Source: Octopus bimaculoides
Lineage: Eukaryota
Length of the DNA stretch: 64,000 nucleotides
Reading direction: 5' to 3'
Assembly: GCF_001194135.2 (NCBI RefSeq)
Contig: NC_068997.1
Location: 56,602,355 to 56,666,354 of the forward strand
Shown here: in pieces, positions 39,225-51,471 of the stretch
Position numbering within the stretch: the stretch's first letter is position 1
Layout of the letters: the number at the start of each line of letters is the position of its first letter
The notes under the pieces: generated by a model
The model's input: the letters and a program-made list of their open reading frames with translations, nothing else
Told to the model about the DNA's origin: nothing
Database searches by the model: none
Made by a program: the position numbers and the translations under genes

Positions 39225-39590
39225 TTCCCACTGTTTGTAAAATACTCGCCAGAGTCGTTCAAAATAATCATTCCTTCCTTAGTGGACACTGTGTACCCTG
39301 AATCAGAATGTGATTTCTGAGATGGTCCAGGAACAATTGATAATATTTGCTTCTTGTGAGGTTCAGAAGAAGGCCGGAGAGCAGAACCAGGACCCGAATA
39401 TATTGTTGCTGATTTAGCAAAAACCTTTGATACGGTAAAATGTGACGCTCTCTGGAAAGTTCTGCACAAATTTGGGGATCCCCAGAAGACGTTCAGTGTA
39501 ATACGATTATTCCACATGTATCAGCTTCTGGTATTTTCCCTTTCCAAGCAGGGTTGTGTAATGGCCCCTATCTTGTTTGCAATGACTATG
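39225..39590 (+). pseudogene. RTE-clade LINE reverse transcriptase fragment
   Basis: KILARVV...LVDTVYPESECDF...DLAKTFDTV..DALWKVLHKFG..P...IRLFH...KQGCVMAPILF, with frameshifts and an internal deletion. Confidence 0.85.
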
Positions 39591-41648
39591 CTTTCCCAGT
39601 ACTCTCTTGGCATCAGATCCAAGCACTAGTTGACCGTTTGGCTCCTGCTGTGTGGAGACATGGAAATTGATCAGAGCCTAGTAGAGAAGTCCCTGCTAAC
39701 AAGTCATTCCCGGCTTTGAAGGAGCCAGAATTAACACCCTGAAGGAGAGAAGAGCTCAGTGTAGAGTCAGGGGCAGTCTATCCCCATATTACGATGACCA
39801 CCAAAGCAATGCATGCAACAGGATCTGCAAATCCCTAATATGTCTATGTCTGTCTTCCCGCATGAGACGACAGGTTTAAACATTGAAATGAAAACATTTT
39901 GCAAATGAACCATTCATCGAAGCAATGAGAGGTTCCAACTGAATTATATACAATGTATTTGTTTCATGGTGTAAATGCATGGTCAACTTCAAAGAAAGTT
40001 TGTGTGTGCGCGCGCGTGCGTGTGCGTGTGCGTGTGTACTTTGTAAGGTTGCGAACCAACGGCGACACTCCATTGGGATGAGAACAGTCATTATGATGCG
40101 ACTCTCATAATATGATATGATGTGAAAATTCCTATACATTCAGACAAACAATAAAAACACGTTGTACTAAAACAATTATATTTAATTAGCAGATAGCCAT
40201 TAACTGTGATAATTAACTATAAAACTAATTTTACTCTGATAATTTATTGGGAAATTAAAATAATGATTCTACAATTTGGATGTCTTTCAAAATTATCTTA
40301 ACGATATAATGGAAGCATTTGCTTTTCTAATCGTTGTGCTGCAGATTGTCTAGCGGAAAGTATTAGCAGCTGCTGTTGCTGCTCTTCCTATATGACTCAA
40401 GGATTTCTTGCGTTGATCATCAAGTCGTTCTTCAGTATTTCTCTTCGAGACAACATTACGTAAGATGTGAACCAAAGTGAAATTTGGTTGGTAGTGGCAA
40501 TAGATTGAGCGACAAGGTTGAGGTTCACTCGTTGGCCTATATCTGTAGGAATTTTCTGAGATTATGGGTCGTAATGGATGGAATGTCTTCTAATAACGTC
40601 TCTGCTGGCCTATGATTAAAGACCATTATCAATACGCTTCGGCTTCGTCATTTCTTGATATTCTAGAAGCAGCCGGAATAGTTACAAATAACTCCCGATA
40701 TATATATGTGTGTGTGTATATATATATGTACATATGTATGTATACATCTATATGTATATATATATGTGTGTGTGTGTCATAAAAAACAGACAGTTGGAAT
40801 TCCTTTGAATGATATATATATATATATATATGTATATGTATATATATATATANNNNNNNNNNNNNNNNNNNNNNNNNNNNNNNNNNNNNNNNNNNNNNNN
40901 NNNNNNNNNNNNNNNNNNNNNNNNNNNNNNNNNNNNNNNNNNNNNNNNNNNNNNNNNNNNNNNNNNNNNNNNNNNNNNNNNNNNNNNNNNNNNNNNNNNN
41001 NNNNNNNNNTATATATATATATATATCGTATGTGTGAAAGATGAGAAAGACTGCGTGTGCGTGGATGGGGATGCGTGTGTGTCTATTTTTCGGTACGCAG
41101 CTGACACCTATTTCTCCTTCTCCATTACGATATGATCCTCTGTTTCGCTATTTTCTCCTGTTCCTACTTTTCATTGAAATCTTTGCTGCTTCTACTCGCT
41201 TGCTCTCCTCTCACGCGACGTATATTACTCAGTTCCAGCAAAGACAATACATCACCAGCATTGAGGATTTTTGACACATTTTCGTCCCTCAAATTCACAA
41301 ACATACTTAAGCATTAAACCTTTCGATCTGGTACACACTGTACCACCACCACTGAACTAAAAATACACCTTACTAAGGAACTATAAAGAAAATAAAGGCA
41401 TTCTCTGTCGTGGGTGAGCAAAACAAATCAAACAGGACAATGCTCAGAGAGTTTAGCAAGAGGGAAAATATTGCATGCTTCTGGAGGATAAACATCGTTA
41501 GCTGCCATTCAAATATGAACGCAGTTTCGTCACATTACAGCCATGGTACCAAATGCGATTAGATAATATATCCTAATTAAAATTTTGGTGATCATTTGAG
41601 GGATACTGTTCCATTTAATGTTGAAGTAACACGATCAGTATTTACATA

Positions 41649-41652
<4 letters not shown>

Positions 41653-41718
<66 letters not shown>
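41653..41718. repeat. (GT)n microsatellite
   Basis: Direct sequence. Confidence 0.95.
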
Positions 41719-42939
41719 CATATGTGGTTTCTATCCTAATATTATTTTGCTGCAAGTTTAAATGCATTTCATACGTTTATAACGTATCAATATACGTTAT
41801 AGACTACATTTATTTCACACAGAAATATTAATTTTACGTACATTTACACGGCCATATCCATTTGTATATATATGTCAACGTGTGTGTGTGTGTGTGCGAG
41901 CGCGTATGTGTGTGTGCACGTGTGTAAATATAGTTATAGATATATATGCATATATATTTATATGTACACCTGTATATACGAATGCATATATATTCACAGC
42001 CATACATACGCAGACGTACAAACACGAATATTTATGCAGAAACGCATGAGTATGTATGGCAGACAGATCACAAACATACGTGCTAATGTAAATGAGACCA
42101 TATTTGCAAACAGGTTAGCTATGAAACAGTTTGATATTTTATTTATTTTTTTAAATAAAAAAAAAGCAATGAAGCGCATAATGTTTCTTAAATATCACAA
42201 ATATTTTATAGAACCCCACACCTTTGAAATAAAACTTATTTTCTCTTAATTTAAACCAATTTATGTATAGAAATATTATAATTCAATTCATACAAATATA
42301 TTGGCTTATTTGTTGAATCATTTTTCTTTTTTGATACGAAAAACTAGTTTAAAAAAAAAAAGATTAAGAAACAAAAGACAAAATGAAAATAATATTTTTG
42401 TATCAATTTTCATGTGAAGTTGAACAAACTGAAGTAAAATGTTTAGTCAAAAGATTATTCAATTTCAACTTTGTTATATTTTATGGCTTGAAAATGGGAA
42501 AATTAACAAATTATCTGCTATGAATAATAAATGGCTCGGTTATCACTGCATTAGGTTAAATGAAGAATCTGCTCTTTAAACAGGTTAATCACATTTGAAT
42601 AATTTAAGGCTCTCCTTATAGTTCTTAAATCAGGAATATTGGAAAAAAATTATCGCTGTTTAAAATTCTTTGAAAATATAAACAAACAAAAAATATTGCA
42701 GAAAGCTGCCATAATAAGGAAATTTTAACTCTTGGTTAACCCAATGTTAAACTTGCTGTAAGGATTTCGGTTTATTGAAATGAGGAAATCATTGATGAAA
42801 TATTAAAACTGCCATAATGAATAACTGGTCTAGAAGAAGATGTAAAGATTGAAATTAGTTTCGGTATTGGATTAAAAATTAATTCCATATGGATTGAGTA
42901 GATTACTAATATCCGAACGACTGAGAGAAAATTATGGAT

Positions 42940-42943
<4 letters not shown>

Positions 42944-42989
<46 letters not shown>

Positions 42990-43036
42990 NNNNNNNNNNN
43001 NNNNNNNNNNNNNNNNNNNNNNNNNNNNNNNNNNNN

Positions 43037-43084
<48 letters not shown>
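42944..43084. repeat. (AG)n microsatellite spanning an assembly gap
   Basis: Direct sequence; Ns at 42990-43036. Confidence 0.95.
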
Positions 43085-43087
<3 letters not shown>

Positions 43088-43673
43088 CAGTCACTGTCTC
43101 CTGAAATTTACAATACTCAGAGTTCGTAGTTTAACCGTGTAAAGTTCGAATCCTTCCACCATCGATTTCACCCTTTTTATGCTTACATTGTTTTGTTATC
43201 GTTGTTGCTTTGTTGTTGTCTTTCCTTGAGGAAAACTTGAACTATTCTCAGATGCAATGGCAGCTTTGATGTGGGTGCTTCACAATAACAGAAATGATTA
43301 ACTTGCTCAACAGTGTAGGTGCATATATTAATTTAATAAAAAAAAATTCTATTCCACGCGGATATTTCTCCAGTACCTTCTTTCTTTCAATGTTAATATC
43401 TGGACCAGAAAGTTCAAAAAGTCACAAAAATTTCTGAATCAGCCAGATCTCCAGAATTGTGTTCCTTGATGGTGCTGTCGATATCACATTGAGCAAAAGA
43501 GGAAGAATTTGTTTAGTACTTCCAGTTATTTTGAGATTTCTAAAGTCGAAAGCACCGCCACCATAATAAGATCGAATAGAAAGTACAGCTGAAATTTGTG
43601 GTATTTCAGTACAAGTGCGAGATATAAATAAATAGAAACAATTACATCATCTTGTTTACATTTGTTTCCTTAG

Positions 43674-43758
43674 CACTTGGAATACCTAGTCTGTCATATC
43701 TTCGTGTCTGGAGGCTTCTTATGAGGAGCATCGGATATCTGAAACGCTTAAGAGGCTT
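43674..43758 (+). CDS. Possible 85-nt exon encoding an S4-like basic-hydrophobic segment
   Basis: Acceptor TTGTTTACATTTGTTTCCTTAG and donor GTAAGT; translates ALGIPSLSYLRVWRLLMRSIGYLKRLRG. A competing ~100-codon open frame overlaps it. Confidence 0.2.
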
Positions 43759-43997
43759 GTAAGTGGTGTCACACATGTTATTGAATCGAAAATCTTGACA
43801 AAACCATGGGAAAGTGTTGCCTGGATAAATCCCGTTGTGACAGAGAGTTCCAATTCATATTTGATCTTTCAACGAGGTTTTGTAAAAGAAGACATTTATT
43901 ACCGACAGATCTGTTCTGTAATAGGGGTTCAGTCTGTAGGGAAGATTAAAGAACGGAAGGGAGATGACATTGTAGTTTGTACAGGGAATATTATATA

Positions 43998-44039
<42 letters not shown>

Positions 44040-44043
<4 letters not shown>

Positions 44044-44150
44044 TAGATACATGCATATATATATGATATACATGTATATTATATATTCATATATATATGC
44101 ATATAGATACATGCATATATATATGATATACATGTATATTATATATACAT
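44040..44150. repeat. ~60-bp tandem duplication within an AT-rich tract
   Basis: ATAGATACATGCATATATATATGATATACATGTATATTATATAT occurs twice, 60 bp apart. Confidence 0.85.
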
Positions 44151-44426
44151 GGTGCATCAGCATGGCCGCAGCTCTGAGCTGAAACTTTGAAATGAAAATA
44201 TATGCATGCATACAAACGCATGCGCACACAACCAATTACGTCATCACCTCAATATATATGGATATGTCACTTTTCATTTTATTCTATGTTTGAAATATCA
44301 AGATTAATTCAAATTTATTCGATTTCACATTTGCTATTTTAAAATTTTCTTAAGGAAGCAATTCTTCAGCGCATGTTTGCACAGCTTAGGTGAGAGAGAG
44401 AGAGAGAGAAAGAAAGAGAGAGATAC

Positions 44427-44463
<37 letters not shown>

Positions 44464-45104
44464 AAGAGAGAGAAAGAGTGGGTGAGTGAGTGAGAGAAAA
44501 AAAGAAATAAGAAGGAATTATATGTGGATGTGTTTGTGTATCTTTCTGTGAGTATGTGTATGTGGGTAGAAGCAATAAATAAGCATAGTTAATTACATTT
44601 AGTTGAAATAGCTGAGAATAAAAGCTAAGATTGTTCTTCATGGAAAATCATTGAAAGAATTCCTCAAATGACTCTGTAAAGAAATTCTTAAGTGAAACTG
44701 CAAATGCATTGTTTCAAGAAATATATTTGTGAAATTTGACGGTCTGATTGAATAAGAAAGAAATCTATTTGGGAAATCTGGTGGGAAATAAGTGGGACAA
44801 AATGAGATTCGTTGTTTTGAAATGTGAATGAATTGATTATATATACGAAGCCAGTGTTCTGTGCAAGTGGGTCTATATAAAAATGATATATCCAAAAAGG
44901 AATCGTAATTGTTCCTCAATTTCCAGACATTTTTATAAACTAAAATAATGTTCTTTTTGTTAATTCAGTCAATTATTTAACTGCTTAGTCATTTTACTAT
45001 TTAATTAAATGATTATTATTTTTACTAAGGTGACGAGGCAGTGGGTTAGCAGAATCATTCGCAAGAGGGAGACCAAAATCAGTTATTCAGCATGATGGAA
45101 CTGA

Positions 45105-45250
45105 ATGTTTTGGTTAAATGAAATCCGAGAGCAACGGTCCGAAAAATCGGACAAGAGCTCCACACATCTCCCGCAACTGCTTCTCGACACTTGAAAAAAA
45201 CTGGAAAAGTCAAAAAGATGGATACGTTTGTTTCCCATCAATTTAATGAG
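45105..45250 (+). pseudogene. Mariner transposase fragment (second HTH to WVPHEL region)
   Basis: ELNVLVK*NPRATVRKIGQELHTSPATASRHLKKTGKVKKMDTFVSHQF. Confidence 0.75.
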
Positions 45251-45254
45251 ATTC

Positions 45255-45355
45255 AAAGAAACCGACGCCTGTCTACCAAAGCTTTGGTTGGTCCAAGGCT
45301 ATAGTAGAAGTCCTTTGCCCAAGGTGCTAAGCAGTGGCACTGGACCCGGGACCAT
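45255..45355 (-). mobile_element. SINE family A 5' fragment
   Basis: CCAAAGCTTTGGTTGGTCCAAGGCTATAGTAGAAG..TTGCCCAAGGTGC..GCAGTGG..CCCGGGACCAT. Confidence 0.75.
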
Positions 45356-45359
45356 ACAT

Positions 45360-45364
<5 letters not shown>

Positions 45365-45430
<66 letters not shown>
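45365..45430. repeat. (GT)n microsatellite
   Basis: Direct sequence. Confidence 0.95.
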
Positions 45431-45432
<2 letters not shown>

Positions 45433-46654
45433 CTGTGTGTGCGCGTGCTTGCGTACGAGTTTATGCATGTATGTGTTGTTTTATTGGTTTTAAACATCTA
45501 AAATAACTCTGCACTTCATTTATGGTTGATGTAATCTTCCTTTTCCTCTCCGCTTATGTACCAGGCCGTAGGTGGACCCGATCAAGCGATTCCAGGTTAG
45601 TGGAGTGTAATCCATGCTTTCATCTCAAATCACAGGCAAATACAAACATACGCACGCGCACACAAACAGCCACACAAGCACATATTTGTTTTCATCGATA
45701 TGCGAATTGGTTTTTGCCTGTACAGGATACATATTCCATATATTCTCTACTGCAAAATAATTCCATATTCTGTATATTTATATACGCTTATTTGTACAAG
45801 AGATGATGTGGTGTATATGCAAACACGCTGAATCTGACGGATTTCTGTGGTTTTATTTTAGCAGGAATTTAAATATAGAGCAAAACTGAAAACAAAACTA
45901 AGCGCAAAACACCTAAATACCTACCACATGCAATAAAAAAAAACGTAAAAGACTGAACGAATTAAAACATGTAAAAATAGCAGAAATTAATTTTCACACT
46001 CAATAATTTGAATATTTACACTTTTGTATTAATATTTCTATTTTAAAATATTTTTTGCTGTTTCTTTATTGAATTTATCACCATCAGAAACGAAAAGAAA
46101 AAAGAAAATGTTTGAGAAGTGCGTGAAATACTGCGAGAATCACCCTTCATTTCGGTTTTTAAAGACGGGGATGGGGGAGGAATTTATAAGGTGCCAAACA
46201 GCTATATTGGAAATAGATGGAATATAGGAGTATAAAGAGAGAAATCTGAAGAGAAAAAATTCTGGAGACAGACTTAAACATGGGTATTTGTAGATGTGCG
46301 CGTGCGTTTGCGTGCGTGCGTGTGCGCGCGATCATTCGGTTATGTACGTATGTGGTTCCTTTTAGATTTGCGATGCATGCGTCTGTGTGTACGAGTATGC
46401 AGACATACACCTGTATGTACGAGTGTGTGTGTGTGTATGTATATATATATATATATATATTCGTATGGGCGTATATATATGTATGCATATATGTACACAT
46501 GTGCGCGCGCGCGGTACATGTGTGTGTGTGTGTGATAGTTATGCGTCTCTCTCTCGCTCTTCCTCTGTCTCACTGTCTACCTTACCAATGCAGTGTTGAG
46601 CACTTATTCTCATTGTTCGACATCTACGTATATATATATATGCATATGTGTGTG

Positions 46655-46822
46655 TCCCGACAATCGGGACTACTTCTCGGACCTGGGACGCCGCCCATCC
46701 AACTGGACGCCGCCTCCAGGTCAATTCAGTAGCCTAGACTTGTTCGTGGATGACTGTAAGGCGTTGGTCGAGCGTTTCGACTTTAAAAAAAGACCTCTCC
46801 GGGCCAATCTCACCCGGGCCAA
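46655..46822 (+). mobile_element. Penelope-like element ORF fragment (pre-RT region), cut by a gap
   Basis: PDNRDYFSDLGRRPSNWTPPPGQFSSLDLFVDDCKALVERFDFKKRPLRANLTRA resembles the PLE S.WTPP...LD.F....NLT motif upstream of RT; open frame, GC-rich. Confidence 0.7.
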
Positions 46823-47643
46823 NNNNNNNNNNNNNNNNNNNNNNNNNNNNNNNNNNNNNNNNNNNNNNNNNNNNNNNNNNNNNNNNNNNNNNNNNNNNNN
46901 NNNNNNNNNNNNNNNNNNNNNNNNNNNNNNNNNNNNNNNNNNNNNNNNNNNNNNNNNNNNNNNNNNNNNNNNNNNNNNNNNNNNNNNNNNNNNNNNNNNN
47001 NNNNNNNNNNNNNNNNNNNNNNNNNNNNNNNNNNNNNNNNNNNNNNNNNNNNNNNNNNNNNNNNNNNNNNNNNNNNNNNNNNNNNNNNNNNNNNNNNNNN
47101 NNNNNNNNNNNNNNNNNNNNNNNNNNNNNNNNNNNNNNNNNNNNNNNNNNNNNNNNNNNNNNNNNNNNNNNNNNNNNNNNNNNNNNNNNNNNNNNNNNNN
47201 NNNNNNNNNNNNNNNNNNNNNNNNNNNNNNNNNNNNNNNNNNNNNNNNNNNNNNNNNNNNNNNNNNNNNNNNNNNNNNNNNNNNNNNNNNNNNNNNNNNN
47301 NNNNNNNNNNNNNNNNNNNNNNNNNNNNNNNNNNNNNNNNNNNNNNNNNNNNNNNNNNNNNNNNNNNNNNNNNNNNNNNNNNNNNNNNNNNNNNNNNNNN
47401 NNNNNNNNNNNNNNNNNNNNNNNNNNNNNNNNNNNNNNNNNNNNNNNNNNNNNNNNNNNNNNNNNNNNNNNNNNNNNNNNNNNNNNNNNNNNNNNNNNNN
47501 NNNNNNNNNNNNNNNNNNNNNNNNNNNNNNNNNNNNNNNNNNNNNNNNNNNNNNNNNNNNNNNNNNNNNNNNNNNNNNNNNNNNNNNNNNNNNNNNNNNN
47601 NNNNNNNNNNNNNNNNNNNNNNNNNNNNNNNNNNNNNNNNNNN
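46823..47643. other. Assembly gap (largest). Others at 17841-17850, 36607-36616, 40853-41009, 42990-43036, 48224-48233, 48551-48560, 52362-52371, 55739-56163, 62900-63385
   Basis: N runs. Confidence 1.
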
Positions 47644-47749
47644 TTTTCTTTATTTTTTATTTTAATTTTTACTCCCCCCCTCGTCCCCTTTACATTATAT
47701 CCATTATTCTCTTGTTATTACACTCACTACATTTTTCCACTTTTTATCT

Positions 47750-48390
47750 CACCCCTACGTACACGCACACATACCCACACACAAAAAATACACGCACCCA
47801 TACACACAAATGTAAGCACACCTACCCCAACACACCACACACACACACACACACACACAACATATGCATGCACTCACACTCTCAGACTCGCCCACACACT
47901 TATACAAACGCACATACACACGCACACTTGCGCATACACACACACGCTAACAATCACGCAAACACACACACACACACACCCAAGCAAACACACCCTTGCA
48001 CACAACCCACATTCACTAATACCTCCCACACACCTGACAACCCAGACATTAACCCATTCACACATACCTCCCATACACCTACACACACCTCCCACACACC
48101 TTACATATATACCGCCCACATACATGACAAACATACGTACGCGCCCTCACACACACATAGACGAACGCACATATATACACACACACACACCCATATATAC
48201 GCGCATGCCTACATACACAGCCGNNNNNNNNNNTATAAGCGTCCACTAACCAGTCCTGCTACTAATTTCTTCCACTACGTCATACACACACACACACAAA
48301 CACACTAACAGATAAACCACCAAACCATGCACACACACACACACACACACATACATTCGCACACACACGTTCTGTTATCACACACACACA
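47750..48390. repeat. Degenerate (CA)n-rich low-complexity tract
   Basis: Direct sequence. Confidence 0.85.
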
Positions 48391-48399
48391 CTCGCAGAC

Positions 48400-48700
48400 T
48401 CCCGCACACGGACAGATATTCATCTCCCTTTTTCACTCTCCTGTCTTAGAAAGAACTTTTCCCCCACCACTTCCTCTTCCGGTCTTTTCACAATGTAACC
48501 TCGTGGGCATCGGTACCATTTTCCTTTTTCTCCGTTCTTCCATTCTTCGANNNNNNNNNNTGTAACCTCGTGGGCATCGGTACCATTTTCCTTTTTCTCC
48601 GTTCTTCCATTCTTCGAACTTTCCATCTTTCCGACGAAGGGCTACGCCTGAAACGTCATACACTCTCTTTTTCCTTTCCTGAGCGTCCAATAACACTATC
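48400..48700 (+). mobile_element. Probable PLE 3' end with degenerate hammerhead (48628-48660)
   Basis: C(C)GACGA-AGG(GCTACG)CCT-GAAACGTC, downstream of the PLE ORF fragment on the same strand. Confidence 0.5.
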
Positions 48701-48737
48701 TTCACTTTGTTGTTTTTTTGTTATTGTTTTTTTTTAA

Positions 48738-48769
<32 letters not shown>

Positions 48770-49153
48770 TACATACACACACACTTATACACATGTAACG
48801 ATCGAACAATGAGAATGAGTGTTCAGTACCGCATTGGTGGATAATGTACAAATATATATGCGGTGTGTGTGTGTATGTGTGCATACATCGACTGAATTAT
48901 TGAGTGTGCGACTTCTATTTCATCCTTGATAAGTAATCTAAAGCGGTCATTAAACTCAGACCCATCGTAATTCCACATAAGTCTGTTTCGGTTTTTCTTT
49001 TTTTTACCCAGAGGGATATATATATATATATAAATATGTGTATTATTCTTTATATATACTTTATCTATAAGGCTCAATTTAATTTTAATTTGTTATAAAT
49101 TGATTTTAATTGAGTTTTTTACCTGTAATTTTGGATTTTGTCCCTAATAATAT

Positions 49154-49195
<42 letters not shown>

Positions 49196-49834
49196 TGCAG
49201 AACAGAATTCGTGTCCTAGCATTTTGGATTAATCTGTTATTAGGGTCGCTTAGTCAACTTCTGATGTCCAAGACTTTCAATTATGTGTGTCTACATAAAT
49301 ACATTACACCCATTTCGTTCGTAACAACTTATCTTTTATACGATCCTAGCACCGAAAATTTGCAATTGGGCATAAAATATAAAAATTTGAATGTTTCTTG
49401 CATTGAATTTTCTGCTTAAAAGATGTCAAAGAAGGAGACTTAATATATGTTGAATAGGGACAACGGAAACAGAGAAACAATATGAAATGTATAGTGTCTT
49501 AGTTTGTACACGCACATGCACACACATATTCGCACATACAAGCAGTTGCACAGACAGGCAGACTCACGCGGGTGGAATAAAAATCTGCATGAAGTTCGGC
49601 ACATCTAAAACTTGGCCTGCTACCAATCAGCACAAGATATATTGGAATTGTTTTTATAAAATCTATAAATCTCGATGTCAATTTAAATATACTTGCCTCT
49701 CTACTTGATCTCAAATGAACTACGAACCATATGAACTTTTATCAAATATTTCTGTCAATTTATCTCTATCAATTTCTATTTTTTCATTTTCACTTCTTTC
49801 AAAATGAAATATAATTAATGTGTCTTTTATTAGT

Positions 49835-49879
49835 TTGTACCGATGAGCGACAATTATGTCGAAACAGTTTTGTCTATAA
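49835..49879 (+). ncRNA. Degenerate type-I hammerhead ribozyme
   Basis: UUGUA-C(C)GAUGA-GC-GACA(AUUA)UGUC-GAAAC(AGUUUU)GUC-UAUAA: stems I, II and III all pair; U4>C mutation and probable 2-nt loss in stem II. Confidence 0.5.
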
Positions 49880-50429
49880 ATATTAATAAAGTAAATATTG
49901 TAGATGAAACAAAATTAAATTAAATCATTGGAAAAATATTTCTAAATATGCTGGTATTTTAATGAAATTCCGTACTCCATTTTAAAAAATGGCTACCAAT
50001 GATAGTAGCAAGTATATTGGATTGTTGTTGATAGAAAGTTTCTGTGTCCGTTTAAATTTTCTTTCGATTTCACATAATTTAAAATGAACTACGATCCAAA
50101 GTAATTTTATCAATTTTTTATAGTATGTTTCTGCTTTTCTCTCGCAATTTCCCCTTCTCTATTTTTCAGTCATTATTGAAACTTATTTAATTTATGTATC
50201 ACTAATTAGCTTGTATGGTTGGCACACAATTAAGTCGAAATATTTCCATTTACAAATATCAAGGGTTAATATAATATTACAGCTGAAACGAAAATAAATT
50301 CAGTATCAAGGAAATAAATTAGAAATTTAGGGACTATGGCACATTCTATTTAATTAAAAAGCGGGAATAAATTCTTCGAAAGAATTATTTCTCGTGCAAA
50401 GAACCTGAACAATCATTAAGAAAAGTGCT

Positions 50430-50710
50430 TACAATGCATGAAAATCTGAAAGCAATTCTAACAAGCATGCAGTATGATGACCATACTTGGCATATTTTAA
50501 GGTTGTGTCCATACTTTCTGGCCTTCAGCTTGGCTATACTAAATTGTGCTGCTTCCTGTGCCTATGGAATTCCAGAGCAAGAGCTGAACATTATGTACGC
50601 AAGGAATGGCCGATCCGAGATGAAATTGAGCAAGGAAAATACATCATGCACAAGCTACTTGTGGAAAGTGATAGAATCTTTTTTTACCACCTTTGCATAT
50701 TAAGCTTTTT
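50430..50710 (+). pseudogene. Chapaev-type (RAG1/Transib-like core) DNA transposase fragment
   Basis: HENLKAILTSMQYDDHTWHI..KVVSILSGLQLGYTKLCCFLCLWNSRARAEHYVRKEWPIR...LPPLHIKL. The superfamily label is from recall. Confidence 0.75.
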
Positions 50711-50714
50711 TCCC

Positions 50715-51270
50715 TTTTTTACCAAGCCATTGTTTACGACGTTTAACATTTCGACAGAAGATTCATTTTTCGTCACCAGTCTATCCAAGAAGGGCGAAAT
50801 GAGTTCGCGAGAATGGAGAAAAGAGCAGATGTCAACTCGGGATCTGCGGTTGCTTTCGGACAATTTATGAGGGACCCATTTTCCAAGTTTAGGAAGCTTT
50901 CAAAGTTGTTGGAGATGACGATGAACAGTTGTATGGTTTGAACTAAGCTTTATTGCCAATTATCCAACTGATAATACAGGATTTTCTTCAAGTAATGCCT
51001 CAAGGAGCTTATCATCAAACTCAAGTGGATGTCCTGTTCGATTTTCATCATCAAGGCTGAAATCTAGACTTCTGAATTTTGCAAACCATCTTCTGCAAGT
51101 TCTTTCATTCAAGCATTCATTCCCCTGAACTGAGTGTATGTTTCGAGTTGCTTCGGCTGCAGAGTTTCCTTTTTTTGTACTCATAAAGCATTATGTGCCT
51201 CAAATGCTCTTTGGATACTTCCATGTTAGAAGGGGTTTTAATCAAAGAAATTTTAACTCTATTATTCTGT
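50715..51270 (-). pseudogene. Mos1-like mariner transposase, 5' half, frameshifted
   Basis: ATG at 51224: MEVSKEHLRHIMLYEYKKGNSAAEATRNI...RRWFAKFR...LGKWVPHKLSE...TGDEK*IF.RNVKRRKQWL. Confidence 0.9.
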
Positions 51271-51471
51271 AAAATAATATTTAAGGCGATCTTACGATAC
51301 CGGTACCAAAGCATCCACATGTGTTTATTTACATCACATCGACCTTTTCCGTAAAAAGTGTACGTACGTACAAACATACATACATGCATATATAACCTCT
51401 CTCTCTCACACTAACAAAAGAACTTCACACTTTCTGTCTTGCATACTCACTATAAAAAAGAAATAAGGTAA

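Noticed and set aside
46593-48308. Longest ORFs (571 and 499 aa; also 55493-56263 and 62816-63613)
   Set aside because: Length comes from N runs; only the short PLE piece at 46655-46822 is meaningful.
48495-48617. Exact ~57-bp direct repeat either side of a 10-N gap
   Set aside because: Typical unmerged contig overlap; most likely an assembly artefact.
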